Source: Bigelowiella natans CCMP2755
Lineage: Eukaryota > Protista > Cercozoa
Assembly: GCA_000320545.1 (NCBI GenBank)
Contig: ADNK01001949.1
Coordinates: 54,845-118,844, forward strand
Length of the DNA: 64,000 nt
Direction of reading: 5' to 3'
The notes beneath the pieces are model-generated. The model worked only from the letters and a program-made list of their open reading frames with translations. It ran no database searches and was not told the origin of the DNA. Shown one piece after another: positions 13,201-25,093 of this stretch. Within the stretch, counting starts at the first letter, position 1; each line of letters starts with the position of its first letter. A program made the translations under genes and the position numbers.

Positions 13201-16200
13201 AACACGTCGCGGAACGAGACACCAAGCACAAGGACAAAACGACAAGGTGCCACGTGCTGGTCCAGTGGTGCCGGCCGTTGGTGGTCCTGAACTTGCTGTG
13301 CACTCCAGCGCTCACAGGAGCCACAGGCCAGCAGGGTGACCCTGTGGACGGCAACGAGCTCGCGGAGAAGGACTTTGAGGATCGCACGAAAACGCTGCGC
13401 TGCGAGTTGAAGGGCCCGATCACACACCAAGGCCCACAACTTCCACAGGCAGGCCCTGAAGTTCGACCGCACTCTCGACCCTGACTGGGAGGAGTCAGCC
13501 TGCACGCAGTTCAAAACACCGAGCTCCTCCGCACTCCAATCGCCTCGAACGAAAGCGCACGTTGACAAGCTCAAGGGCCTCTTCGAAGCGTTTCACGACA
13601 AGAGCACCTTGGAGTCCGTGGAAGGCGAAGTGGACATCGAGGGAGCGGTTGCGTCTGAGAAAGACGTGCGATGGGTGCAAACGGGGCTCGAACTGAGGGA
13701 GAACCAGAGGAGGCCCTGGCTGTTCACGTCAAAAGTGAAAAAAGGGGGCGTTCCAAAGGAGGGCAACGACAGTGACACCGTGCACACTGGAGGGAGTGGG
13801 AGGTCGATGAGGCCATCGCCCGGGGCCAAAAGCAGTTGCGAGAGCAGCAGCAGCAGTGAACTGCACTCGGTTGGCAACGTTCGGTTGTTTCGAAGAGTCC
13901 AAGTGCTCGTTGCGTCCAAGGACGTGCGAGGCTTGCCAGCTCAGCTTGCTGGCTTGTTCGCTGCGATGCACTGTTGTGACTGCAGCCCTCTCTCGCCTCC
14001 GTGATGAGTCGTCCGGTGCAGTTCCTTGGCACTTCCTGGCTTTCTTTGTGACTGCAGCTCCCTCTCGCCTCCACAACGAGTCATCCGGTGCAGTTCGTTG
14101 ATGCTTCCTGGCTCTCGTTGCAACTGCAGCTCCCTCTCGTCTCCGTGACAAGTTGTCCGGTGTGGTTCCTTGATTCCTGGCTTTCATTGCAACTGCAGCT
14201 CCCTCTCGCCTCCACAACGAGTCACCCGGTGTTGGAAAAATTGAGGTCAAGAGGAGAAATCGCAGAGTTCATTGCACTGGCACGACGTCACGTTCACCTG
14301 AGAGCAAAGAGGTTGTCAACGTTCGCAACTTTGTGCGCCACCACTCAGGCACTTTGGTCAAAAAGTTTCCACACCTTGGAGGCGAGGAACTTGGTTGTGC
14401 CTGTTTCAGGGTGGTGGCACTCTTGCAAGTTTCTTTCCATGCTCGCATGGAGGAACTGCAAGGACACTTCCATCCCACTGTTTGCGAAACCGTGCCCCAG
14501 GCAAAAGTGGAGTTCGAAACCAAGGCACATCGCGCACGTTGTGCACTTCTTTTCTCTCTTGAGAGTGACACACTCCAATGAAAAACGTGAAACTGACGAG
14601 TTTTTGGACACCAACTGGAACACTGACAACAAAAAGTCGTTTCACAAGTGTCCAGGTTGCAGCGTTCATCGTCGACACGTCCCGGAGAGGGAAGAACTGG
14701 ATTCGTGGTGCTCTTTGCTTCGGTTTTGCACGCCGTTGCTGCACGATCACACGATCGCCTTGAAAGTCGACGACTTTCAAGTGCTTTTCAGCTTGCACAA
14801 AAGTGTCACGCACAGCAGCTTTTGCCAACCTTGGACACAAGCAACGTGGAAGGAACACACACGTGAATCACGTGGTTCTCGAGGTGCACCGAAGTGCTTC
14901 CACTGATTTTTGGTCGAACTTCAGCAAAAGTCCAAATCGTGGCAATTGAGAACCTGGAGAGTCCACGTTGTCAACTTGTGGTCGCAAAGTGCTTCGTGAC
15001 ACCCACTCTGAAGGTGTCAAACGTGCAAGTGAACACTTCAAGGTCACGAAAACAGTGTGGAACTGCACCAAAACACTTGGCACTGCCATGGGAGAAGGAC
15101 ACCTTCAACCGAAACAACCAGAAATCAAAAACAACACCCCGAACAGACACCCAATTGGTTCACGGCCAGACGGGGCGCATCGAAGACCTTGTTCGTGTTG
15201 CACGGACGCACGTTGCGTGCACCTTCGTGTTCCCCGATCGTGCCTCCACGGTGCCTTTCGGTGCAACGTGGGTCCTTTTTTTCCTGCCATCATCGCGCCC
15301 AATCGTCGCTCGAATCACTCACCTCGAACCCAGAGTTGGAGGTGTCGTTTGGTTTGTGTTCAGAGGTGCAGCCGAAGCTTTGTCCTGGTGGAGCCAAGTG
15401 GTTGGTTTTCCAGTCGAAGTGCGATTCGAACGAGGTTCAGAGGTCGCCACACCGTCCACGCCAAAGGAGGGCACCTGCGCTCTCTTGGACTCCAAAACTT
15501 GGCAACGCAGAGAACGCACGTTGCACGTGCAAGGTGCACAACCACAACTTGGGCACGGAAGGCGATTTGAGTTGGGAACAACTGCTGCTTGGACAAGCAA
15601 AAACAAACACGTTTGGCAAAGTTGTCAGAGGTGTCAAAAAAGACCACAAACGGGTTGGTGTCACAGGAGGAGTGTGCAGGTGGAGGTTTGAAGGACTGGC
15701 ACTTCCTGGTGAAAAAAAAGAGGAGCAAGACGAAACAGGTGCTCTGCGTGCTGAAGCACAAAACGGTGCTCCAGTTTGGCAGTGCTGAAGACCCAGGTTG
15801 AAAAGTGGGAGGTGGTTGAACCACTCAAACAACAGCACAGCGCACTCGTTTTCGCACGCACTCAGCAGTCGCACACAGCAGCTCAAAAGGAGGAATTGCA
15901 AGTGCTCCAAGAGAGGAACGATGCTGCCAAGAGTGAGGTGCAACTCACCCAGGAGGAGACAAGTGCTCTCAAGAAGCAGGCACAGGGGAGGTGCGCCACC
16001 AGCAGGCCTGTGAGTCTTCGACAAGAAGTTGACAAACTCAAGCGCAAGAGTTCGCAAGGAAAAAGGAAGAACACAAGGAACACATCGCGGAAGGTTGGGT
16101 TCGTGTTTTCACCGGGTCACGCAAAAAGTGCGAGGGCCTCACTGCCACGTCGAGCCCCAAACCAATTGCAGTGGAAGCAGTGAAAGGGAAACCTTCCTCG

Positions 16201-19200
16201 GTTGACAGCTGGGCAGGCACGGAGGTGCAACGAAGAACCTCTGCAAGGCGTTTCGCGTGAGGACAGGTCCACCACCATCGTTGCCCACGCCAGCGTGGTG
16301 GCCAAGGCGCCCGCGCTGGCGCGGCTCTTTGGCTCTTGGCGACACAAGCCTGAGTTTGCGCGGCTGGCACGGCGAAGGAAGAGGAGTGCCAGGCGAGCCC
16401 AGCTGGCCAGCTGACAGGGCTGCTCACTCTGCTGGTCTGGCACTGGTGGGACGGCAAGGCACCTCAGCTCCAAGTTCCAACAGGTTTGAGAAGTTGCAAT
16501 GTTCGTTGCCACGTTGCAAGCTTGCAAACTGAGAGCAGCCCATTGCAAGTTCTCAACACTGACTGAGCTCGGCGAAGGAGCAGTCAGCAATCCGCGGAAA
16601 CACTTTTCTCACCTCTGAACGCCCACTCTCCTCCCACTGGTTGGAGAGCTCCAACGCGGAGAGAGAACGATGCACTGAAATTGCTCCAGCTGAGCACGAA
16701 CACCGTCTTCTGCGGAGTCAACAAGAGAGACAATGCTCTTGACTTTCACGGACCCGTGTCGAAGGCACTGGCCACAGCACCCAAGACACGGTCCTCACTT
16801 TTGTCAAACGACGACCCCACACCCAAAACTCGAAACCGTCCTCCAATCCAAGTGCACCAGGCTGGCAGGTGAGGCAATGAAGCTTTGTCAATCACGACCT
16901 GTGAGCAATCCTTCACTGCTCACAAAAGTGTTCACCACGAGGACACACTGAGCAAGTCACCACGACCTTTTTCTGGTCAACAGTGCCAACCTTCCTGGCT
17001 TCCAGGAGGAACCCACGAGGTGGCCGAGCGGTCCAAGGCAGCGCTTGGCAAAAAGCACGCCCTGAAACCACGGAGGCACAGTGGTGGGCCTTTTCTTGGC
17101 GGCCTCGAAAGTTTCTCAGGAGTTGAGACCGTGGACGAAGTTCAAAAGAACAAAAAGGCTTGGGAAAGCCCCCTCCCTGTGAGGCAGCTTGGACGTTGTT
17201 CTCGACAGTTTCGGAGTTCCTGCTCGAGCTTGGTGCAACCCACGTGCGCACATCGAGCGGAACCATGGAAGACGCCAGTTGTGTGCAGGTTCACTCAATT
17301 CGATGAATCGAATGCCAACAACGTTGAAGATTGCCCGAGCTCGTGGCTGTGCGAGGGAGGCAAGGCCCCACCTTCACGGACAGTGCCTCTTTTGGAAACA
17401 GATTTTTCCGCGTGTCACTCTTGCGACAAGCACTTGACACAGACGCATGGCTGCAAATCATTGGAAATCCATTGGCGGCAGCGAGAATTCCAATCCCGGA
17501 TTTTTGAACGAAATTGTCGAACTGATGAGCAAAATATTCGCTGTTTTTTTGATGCGACAATGAAAAAATGATGGGCTTTGCTCCAAAATTGCAAGCCTGT
17601 CCCACGATGGAGGTCGGGCGTGTTCACAGCTCTCACGTGCTTCTGAACACGATGTGATGTTTTTTTGATGAAGGGAAAGGTCGCAATTGGAGACGAGGAC
17701 ATCAGGCTTGAACAGGCTTACGCTGCTAGGAAAGTCATTGGTCTGATTCGAAACTTGATGCACTGCTGGATGAAATACTGCATTTCTGTCAGATGCTGGA
17801 ATGGATGAATGCATGCAAATCATTGAAAACCTGAAATGTTGCTTTTCAGAAATCCTTCAGGCACGACTATCAGAGGACCATCTTGAATTGGGAAAGGTTT
17901 CAACTAAATGTGAACATCGAACATTCCACGGACTCAGCTTTTGATTGTGATTTTTTGTGAACATGTGGCAGGACAAAAGACTGATTGAACAATTTGGAAA
18001 GGCTTTGAAAAACAAGGTATTCTTTCGCAATTTATGTCCATCTTCCCAATTTTCACCATCGTGAAACAATTGTCTAGGACATCGATACGTTTGAGAACCC
18101 ACCTATCATTCGGTTCTCAGCAGCAGTTGTGAAGGTTTTCGTCCATTTCAATTTGTCAACGAAAGAGATCATGCAACAAAAACTGTTGATAGATCAATCG
18201 ACTTAGGTCTCACCAAAATCGGGTGCTTCTACTTACAGATAGGTGTCAAAATATATTATTTTCGCAAATGGTCGAAGAATCATGCTGCATCTGTGCACAG
18301 GGCAGTTTACAATCTGGTTCCAAGGACCCTTCAAGTCAAACGAAGAATAAATCTACAGGCGGTGATAAAACTGTCTACACTAATAAATTTACTTTGAAAA
18401 TATATAAATTTTTGGGGAAATATCAGATATCAAGCATTACCGTATCACTTCCACCTGCACAGCATTTCATTATTCATGTGAAGGTCACACCACAAACATT
18501 ATCGTCAAAACCTGATCTAATGTGCATTCATCGAAAAGGACGAATATGACTATTTGTACAAGTCGGATAAGAGGTTCATTTGTGATTGCATTATCAATTT
18601 AATAGAAATTCGGACTAAGCCACATGCATTATTTCGTTGGATCGCAATTTTTATTAGAGTTAATTTTTTCGAGAAGCTTGCGGAAGCGTATGGGTAATCA
18701 TAAAGTTGTCCTCATTACTGAGTGTTTCTTCTTAAGCGACTATTTGTCATCGTAGAAATGTTACGGGAGGATTGGAGCTTGACATGCAGATTTCGGAGGT
18801 TACACTCCGAGCTATAACTACAATTAACACTTCACTCTATGAGTTACGGCAACTATTGTTTAGTTACAAGACTTATCAGCAAAGGCAAAGACGAAGTCTT
18901 TAGCAGCTCGGCAGTTAGAAGTGGTGAGAAAAAGTTAAAACACCCCTTTCTCCAATAACTATCCGTTATCTATCTAGATTCGAAAAAGAGGGGAATCGAT
19001 GCAACTTTGGGGGGTAAATTCTTTTAGAATTCTGTGTGGTTTAAATCTCATCTGCAAAATAAAACAATTTAAGATTCGAAAGGCTCGCAAAATGGTTCGG
19101 GGTGAGTGGGTCTTATTCTTTCACTTTCCTAATTTGAACAGCATTATGTTCTATAATATCAAGGGAAAAAGAAACATGTGACGACGGACACCGGTGTCGA

Positions 19201-19886
19201 GTTGGATCTCACATACATAACAGATCGGTATTGGGTGCCATTAGTAACAAGTTGGTCAACTTTAATATAAAATTAGCTTCGCAATTCATAAAGAATCATA
19301 GCCATGGGGTTTCCAAGTGAAAATCTGGAAGGTTTGTATCGGGACCCTTATGGAGAGGTCATTACAATATTTATTTGTTTTTAAAGCATTAGGTTTTCCG
19401 AATAGTTCAGATTTTATTTTGTAGTCGGTAAATATAGAGATCCGATCATTTATATTCGCATTGCTATTGTAAATGCATGAATGAGATACACACTGTATCT
19501 GAAATATGAATCAGAACATAGCCACTTTGAAGCACATGTTGCTAGGGCTGGAAAAAATGATTTTGAATAGGTTTATAGGCATTTGGAGACTAAGCACAAG
19601 AGCTGTTATAAAGTGAAAATAATCCTATTCATATGTGAAACTTTTTAGTGTACTTTAAATACACCTCATCAATTTAAAGGTTTATAACTTATGCTCCGAG
19701 AGGGGATATCCAGCTTCAAAGTATATAGCGTTGAGTTCTTCCTTGAAAGAATTGATGTTCGCAGAGATATAATTTCAATTACTGCTCAGATTCAATAATC
19801 GAGTGGGCTGTTACCCTTTTCACGATCATAGTAATAATATATTGCTATTGATCTGTTTACTAAAAATCAAACCCCTCGCACACACA

Positions 19887-19920
<34 letters not shown>

Positions 19921-22900
19921 TCCGCCCCCATTTCGTTTACTTCTCGACATTTGCGAAGATATTCAAAGGTAGAATGTCATATTTTGAATGTAGTCAGAGT
20001 TTGCGTGAAAAGCTTACAGAATTTGGCCATTGGATATTGTCAACATTCACCTACATATAGGTATCTCTCTGAAAACAAAGATAACGCGGTAGCTATTCAC
20101 TGTAAGGCAGGGAAGGGTCGAACAGGAACCGTTATATCCGCCTTCCTTATTTTTGCAGGCGCTACAGATTCAGGTATTTACGAAAAGAACCAATGAATCA
20201 TAGAAACACTTTTACGACATTTATTCTTTATTGTGTAGCCGAGAGAGCATTGGAGTTCTTTGGCGAGATGAGGACCAAGAATTCACAAGGAGTTCGTTTC
20301 TATATCTTTGCTTAGATGTACATTAGAAAAACTGTATCTAATTTTTTTAGGTGACGATTCCCTCGCAAAAGCGATTCGTTAAATATTTCGAGATTTTCTT
20401 GAGAGAACGGTGGAGCGATTTTTATTGACTCCCATTCGCTTTGGACTTCATACTTACTACATCGCCTTGTAGATATTCTTCGGCTAGACCCTTCCGTTGG
20501 GAGGGGTATGTAAACCCACAGGATAATAAAGCGCTACACTGAGAAAGTCTTACGCATGTGTGTTCAGGCGGAAAGTATATTTGAACAGGATTCGATTTTT
20601 AGCAGTAATCAAATTTCAATTATTGGCGTTGAGAGTGCGCCAGATATTTGGTCACGTTTAGGTTCCAAAAGCATCTCGATTTGCAGTAACGGGAAAAGTC
20701 TATGTGATTAAGATTTACGACGTTGATTTGAACAAAGTTGCTTTCATACGATAAACACTTCAACAATATTCAACACACATCTTCTACCACATTCAGATAT
20801 TCGAAGAAAGAGCTGCTCATCGTAAAGATGCTGGCGATGAATGCGTAAAACAATAACAAGCCTTCAATTGTAAAGAAAGTTAATTCCTCTTTTGTAGGTG
20901 GCAGAAGTTGACATGACTATACAGGGTTCTTCTCTAGACACCATGTTTAAGATGTATGCTTGCTAATCACTATTAACACCATACAGGTTCTTTCTTGGTG
21001 GTACTCAGTTATGCAGATGCTCTAACTGGTGGATATCTTAATTTTACGTGTTGATATCATTCATGGTTGTGGTCTATAAATTAGGTGGAAGCGAGAGACT
21101 GTCCTGGGCCTGGTGATGCCAAAATGATGAAACCTAAAGATGAAACAACAGGATAATGGAAAATATGTTTTTAGTGGTATAATAATACAATGGTAAGTCC
21201 GATGGTGTGATGGTTACGTATGATCAAGTTATTTATCTTGGCTGTGATGCTGTGACCCCTTACTTGGATCACCCTAATTCTGTGCACGTAGGTTCCATTC
21301 AAGTTTTCTAAAGCATCACATTCAGGGTAGTCTCTCAGGTATGCTATCGTGCAATAGAAGTTGTTTTTGTAAAGAGTTCCATTTCGGGAAAAATGCTGAG
21401 TCCTCATGATAATGAGCTTCATATTCACACAATTTGTAGATGGATCAAAGACCAGTATTACTGAAAAAAAAAAGGATCCAGCACAAATTCAATTTTCCTC
21501 GCAGTCAATACTAAAAGTGGGAGGTGTGTATTGCAACAGCCTTTTCCAAAACTTTGTCCGCTTACAATAAAACCGAGACTTATGTGCTGGCAGGGTATCG
21601 TAATACAACGAGTGAAGTAATTACCTTCCCGAAAGCTCAAGTACACTATTAATTATTAGAATTGGAAATAGGTTTATTATTCAAATATGCATCTAATCTA
21701 GATCGATAATGCCTGCAAGGATGTCAAGCATAAAAAATTTCCTAAAGGATTTTCGCTTGAACTGACTCTTAACTTTGGAGATCCCAGATTATTTGGACGT
21801 AAATGATTACCATGAAGGCATTTGTCTCTGATACAATTTGTTACTTTTAAAACATTATCATCATCATATAATTTAGGAAGGAACAAGAAAAAGGTATCAC
21901 TGGACCCTGCAGCTTGCCAGACAAGCACGCGGCCTGACAAACATGAGAAAAGTAATCCTTTAAATGCAGTGGAAAACGCTGATGATAACAAGCATGACCC
22001 CATCTATGACAGGTTGCCTAGACCTAGATGATTTAAATTTGATATAAACTATGCAAATAAAATATTATACCTCAACATCAGCTATAAGCGTAGAAGGGAA
22101 AACAGATCCGAACTGTTCCAAGAATCAACAGGCTTACTGTACACTTTTTGTTTCATAAGCATACAACTGTTGAATACATTTCATACACAGCAATAGAAGA
22201 GTACATCTTGTAACCAAAACGGGATCCGAAGTCAGTAACGTGACGCTGGCAGGTGTGATACAAGTTATTAAAGTAACTATAAAACAGCTCAGAGAAGCCA
22301 TTTGAATACTAAAACAGGATCTGCTATCCATCTATTTTGTCGCGTCGAGATTCATTGCATTCGAAATTTGGAGTTAGAAACCGGGGATTATCCATTTTTA
22401 AAGATTTTTGTTGAAGGTATTTCGTTGAGCCTTTCGAATCTATAAACATAGCGAGGTTTACGGCTACCTTTGCTGGACGCCCCTTTAACAGAAAACAAGT
22501 CACGAGAGAGGGCTAGATCCGCGGATCGGGTCGATGCGGGTGATGATTATGGCTCTGTAGCCTCGATCACAGGTAAATAATTAAGAATTCAGGAATATTT
22601 CGTGATCTGTTATTTGTTTGAATGTTACAAGATATGAAATTTCTGGGAGAATCGAGGCCACTGCGTCCAGAGGAAGTTGAAGACAAGGATATGTGGTAAC
22701 ATGTTTACATGTGATCTTATGAAACGCCTCCATATCCGTTCCATTAGTACTCCATCATTCATTAAGATTTATTTGAAGGTGGGGATACGAATGCCAGGTG
22801 CTGATGGATGTAGGAAGCGCAGCAGAAGGTAAATATTTCATGTTTAGGTTAAGATATTTTCTGTTGTGCCATTACTGCAATTTTGTTACTTTATATGATG

Positions 22901-24153
22901 CCTTCATATATCGCAGCATCGTATTTGAATGGTAGATTAGCGCTGCAGCTTCCTTCAACCCTTCGTATTAGTATTCACTCGATGAAAAGTCCAGAGCAGC
23001 CATTAGGGTAAAGTGTGGTTTCATATTTTCTATGAAAATCTGTCTTCAGCACATATTTTTCAATAACAACAGCGAGTTCCGGCTCCCTCTAGATCCTGCC
23101 TTTACTGACGGGGTACATACTCAAATTCGCTAATAAAATATCTCTTCAAGAGCTATGTACATAGGTTTCAGGGCAACTTTATCAATGGCTTCCGTTTTGC
23201 AGACCTTCAAGATATATTAAATATCCCCATTCAAGACTGGGTTATACTTATTTCAGAAACTGAAAAAATCCAAAATATATATATTTCATATATGTATTTG
23301 CGCAGTTCGTTCTTCTCGATTGTTGAGTGATCAAGACCTTCTAGTCCCTCCTAGCGGTGAGCAAATATTTATATCGTTCTTATGTTCGTATGTTTATCCT
23401 GAAATATTATATCAATATCCAGAGCAAGATCGTGATGAAGATTTAAAATATGAGCTTCTATCAAATAGTATGCTAAGTTGTAGAAAGAATTCACAGCATA
23501 GTTAAGAGTACAATTTGTCTATATTTTAGGAAGTGATGAGATTGCATTGAGTGACGCTTCGTCTGAAGTGAAGGAGACAAGTCGGAGTTCATTTGACTAT
23601 AGTTTCTATTCCCTTATCTTAGTATAATGTTCAGAAAGTCCAAGATTTTCTCTGCTACAAAAGATGACGGTAGATTGTCAAACTAAAACATGGTGTAAGT
23701 TTTTATTTCCATTTATTTTGCCTCAAATCATCCAGCCTACAGAGACCCCAAAGGATTCGCCCATGGCCCTTTTGACAATTGATTTTAAGCATGCGGAGAA
23801 CGGAAGTTAGATTCTTCCATCTTACAAATATTTTATGAACTAAAAATTTTGCTTCCAGGTGATCCTTCGCTCGTCTTCAGCGAAGCAAGACAAACCTTAG
23901 CCCGGATACAAGGCACTGCTAAAGCTTCTAGAAAATCTATCAATAAACTCCCCAGACTCCATGCTATGTCTTATAGTCAGGTAGAAATACTACTAAAGGC
24001 GATGGCCATACACATACACATTTTTTAATGTTTCAGGCTACATCGCCTTCGGCTAATGGCAGAAGAATAGAAACTCGTCGATCAAATAATTCGTTTAAAT
24101 ACCGACGTAGCGCTAGTCAAATTGACACGAAAATATCGCAAAACTTCAAATGA
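4988..24153 (+). CDS. PTEN: PTEN-like phosphoinositide phosphatase, multi-exon, with a long N-terminal extension; 5' start uncertain
   Basis: Exons at ~19160-20410 give [76 protein letters not shown] (20098-20127)-VTIPSQKRFVKYF. Last exon ends in TGA at 24151-24153. Upstream exons 6533-6882 and 7007-7048 join in frame to an exon at 18674 across the transposon block. The catalytic region is secure; the N-terminal join is inferred. Confidence 0.8.
9292..10617 (-). pseudogene. Sola2-like DDD transposase remnant, hypermutated
   Basis: Motifs QDFGEN...EHQS..SQVSVTL...SPDLHHDNAFV...SDGAPSQCK...WCFRGTAHGKDEVDG and a Cys-rich C-terminus match the DFxENY / SDGxxxQYK / HGKxxxDG pattern I associate with Sola2-type transposases. 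Zero Tyr in 441 aa. Probably extends upstream to ~10900 with frameshifts. Confidence 0.7.
13062..16092 (+). repeat. Diverged ~150 bp direct repeat pair (13062-13213 and 15941-16092) encoding a coiled-coil-like segment
   Basis: caacccacccaggaggagacgaacgctctcaaaaaacaggcacag...gttgacaaactc...cgcaaggaaaaaggaagaacacgaggaacacgtcgcggaa versus caactcacccaggaggagacaagtgctctcaagaagcaggcacag...gttgacaaactc...cgcaaggaaaaaggaagaacacaaggaacacatcgcggaa; translates TQEETxALKKQAQ..QEVDKL. Confidence 0.85.
13976..14232. repeat. Tandem repeat, ~3.6 copies, periods 72/72/69 bp
   Basis: Units start at 13976, 14048, 14120 and 14189 with g(tg/ca)actgcagc.ccctctcg.ctcc...ccggtg; all periods are multiples of 3. Confidence 0.9.
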
Positions 24154-24199
24154 TAGGAATTAACCCTCACTTCTCATAGCATAATCAAAGAATCCGAAC

Positions 24200-24960
24200 A
24201 AATGATGACGTCATGATGACTGGATGACTGTTACTGCCAAGATTCGTTTAGCGTTCGCAAAGCTAAGTTGCGTTTTGAGATTGTCAAGCTGGAGTTATTT
24301 TGACTGTGCAGTGGTGATGACTGAGGTAAACATTAGTACAAGCATAATTATATGTCAATTTTGCAGCCTACAATTTGTAGTGAAATAATAACGACTTCTG
24401 CAATAAGTTTTGTCTGCTTAGTCATGAGAAACACACCTGCACACTAGCTAGCTTGCTAGCTAGAGCAAGATGCAGACAGAACTAGCTAGATCACATAGAG
24501 ATGGCATAGCAAGCGAGACAGTGAGACGTTTTCTGCTTTAACTAGCTAATGGTGTACCGCACACTCAAGTGTAGCTGGTATTAGCTAGCTAGCTAGAGGA
24601 GCATTGCTAGATTGTGCTAGTGTGGTAGTGCACCACTAGCCTCGCAAAGATGCTAGAGATGGAAAGGAAGATCGTCCATAGTTTCAAAAATGCTCATTCG
24701 ATGCATGCGTGTCGAATGTCGAAGGTGAAATCAATGCTGATTGCACATGCCATCTAGCCGTTGATGCACATTGAAATGTGTACAGCACGAGTGTTTTCTA
24801 GTTTTGCGCGTGTATCGCACATGTGCACCATCTAGGATGTGCATGTGCATGTTTTAGCACTAGAGAATGCTAGCATGCTCATCATCATGTTTTCTAGTTT
24901 GAGCAGGAAAACACAGGATAGGTCTATGGCAATTGTGAAATTAAGTTACAAGATCATGAG
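24200..24960. other. CTAG-rich, TpA-reduced intergenic island (probable decayed repeat)
   Basis: About 20 CTAG by eye in 24440-24900 (e.g. actagctagcttgctagctagag), plus many TGCA/CATG. Lies between the convergent 3' ends of PTEN and syntaxin. Confidence 0.7.
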
Positions 24961-25093
24961 TGGGATTTATTTTAAACACTGAAAGTAGGTAACCAATGAA
25001 ATTAAATGTGGAATTCGAGTCACTTGATCTCCTTGAACTCATGCTTATGATTCCGAATGGCTTGGTTATGTGATAACTTGGTATGGAATATTC

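Larger units (their letters stand above)
7300..18200. mobile_element. Large decayed DNA-transposon block (Sola2-like transposase plus uncharacterised cargo or nested remnants), TpA-stripped
   Basis: Contains a DDD transposase remnant, internal duplications and tandem repeats. No host-style exons or microsatellite introns. Sharp compositional contrast with flanks. Termini, TIRs and TSD not identified, so boundaries are set from the TpA gradient. Confidence 0.75.

Noticed and set aside
13976-14232. Regularly spaced repeats as a CRISPR array
   Set aside because: Whole units are repeated with no unique spacers, no cas genes are present, and the context is eukaryotic.
9230-17530. Ordinary CpG-methylation decay or fungal RIP as the cause of the TG/CA excess
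   Set aside because: CpG remains abundant, and C->T processes create rather than remove TpA and Tyr codons. They may contribute but cannot explain zero TpA.
7600-17800. Dense overlapping ORFs in all six frames suggesting many genes, overlapping coding or an alternative genetic code
   Set aside because: Loss of TpA removes TAA and TAG stops on both strands, leaving only TGA, so long Cys/His-rich Tyr-free ORFs arise automatically. Host genes here use TAA, TAG and TGA normally.
7508-18190. 11 bp inverted match atcaacagttt / aaactgttgat as transposon TIRs
   Set aside because: The match does not extend in either direction and no TSD is visible; compatible with chance.
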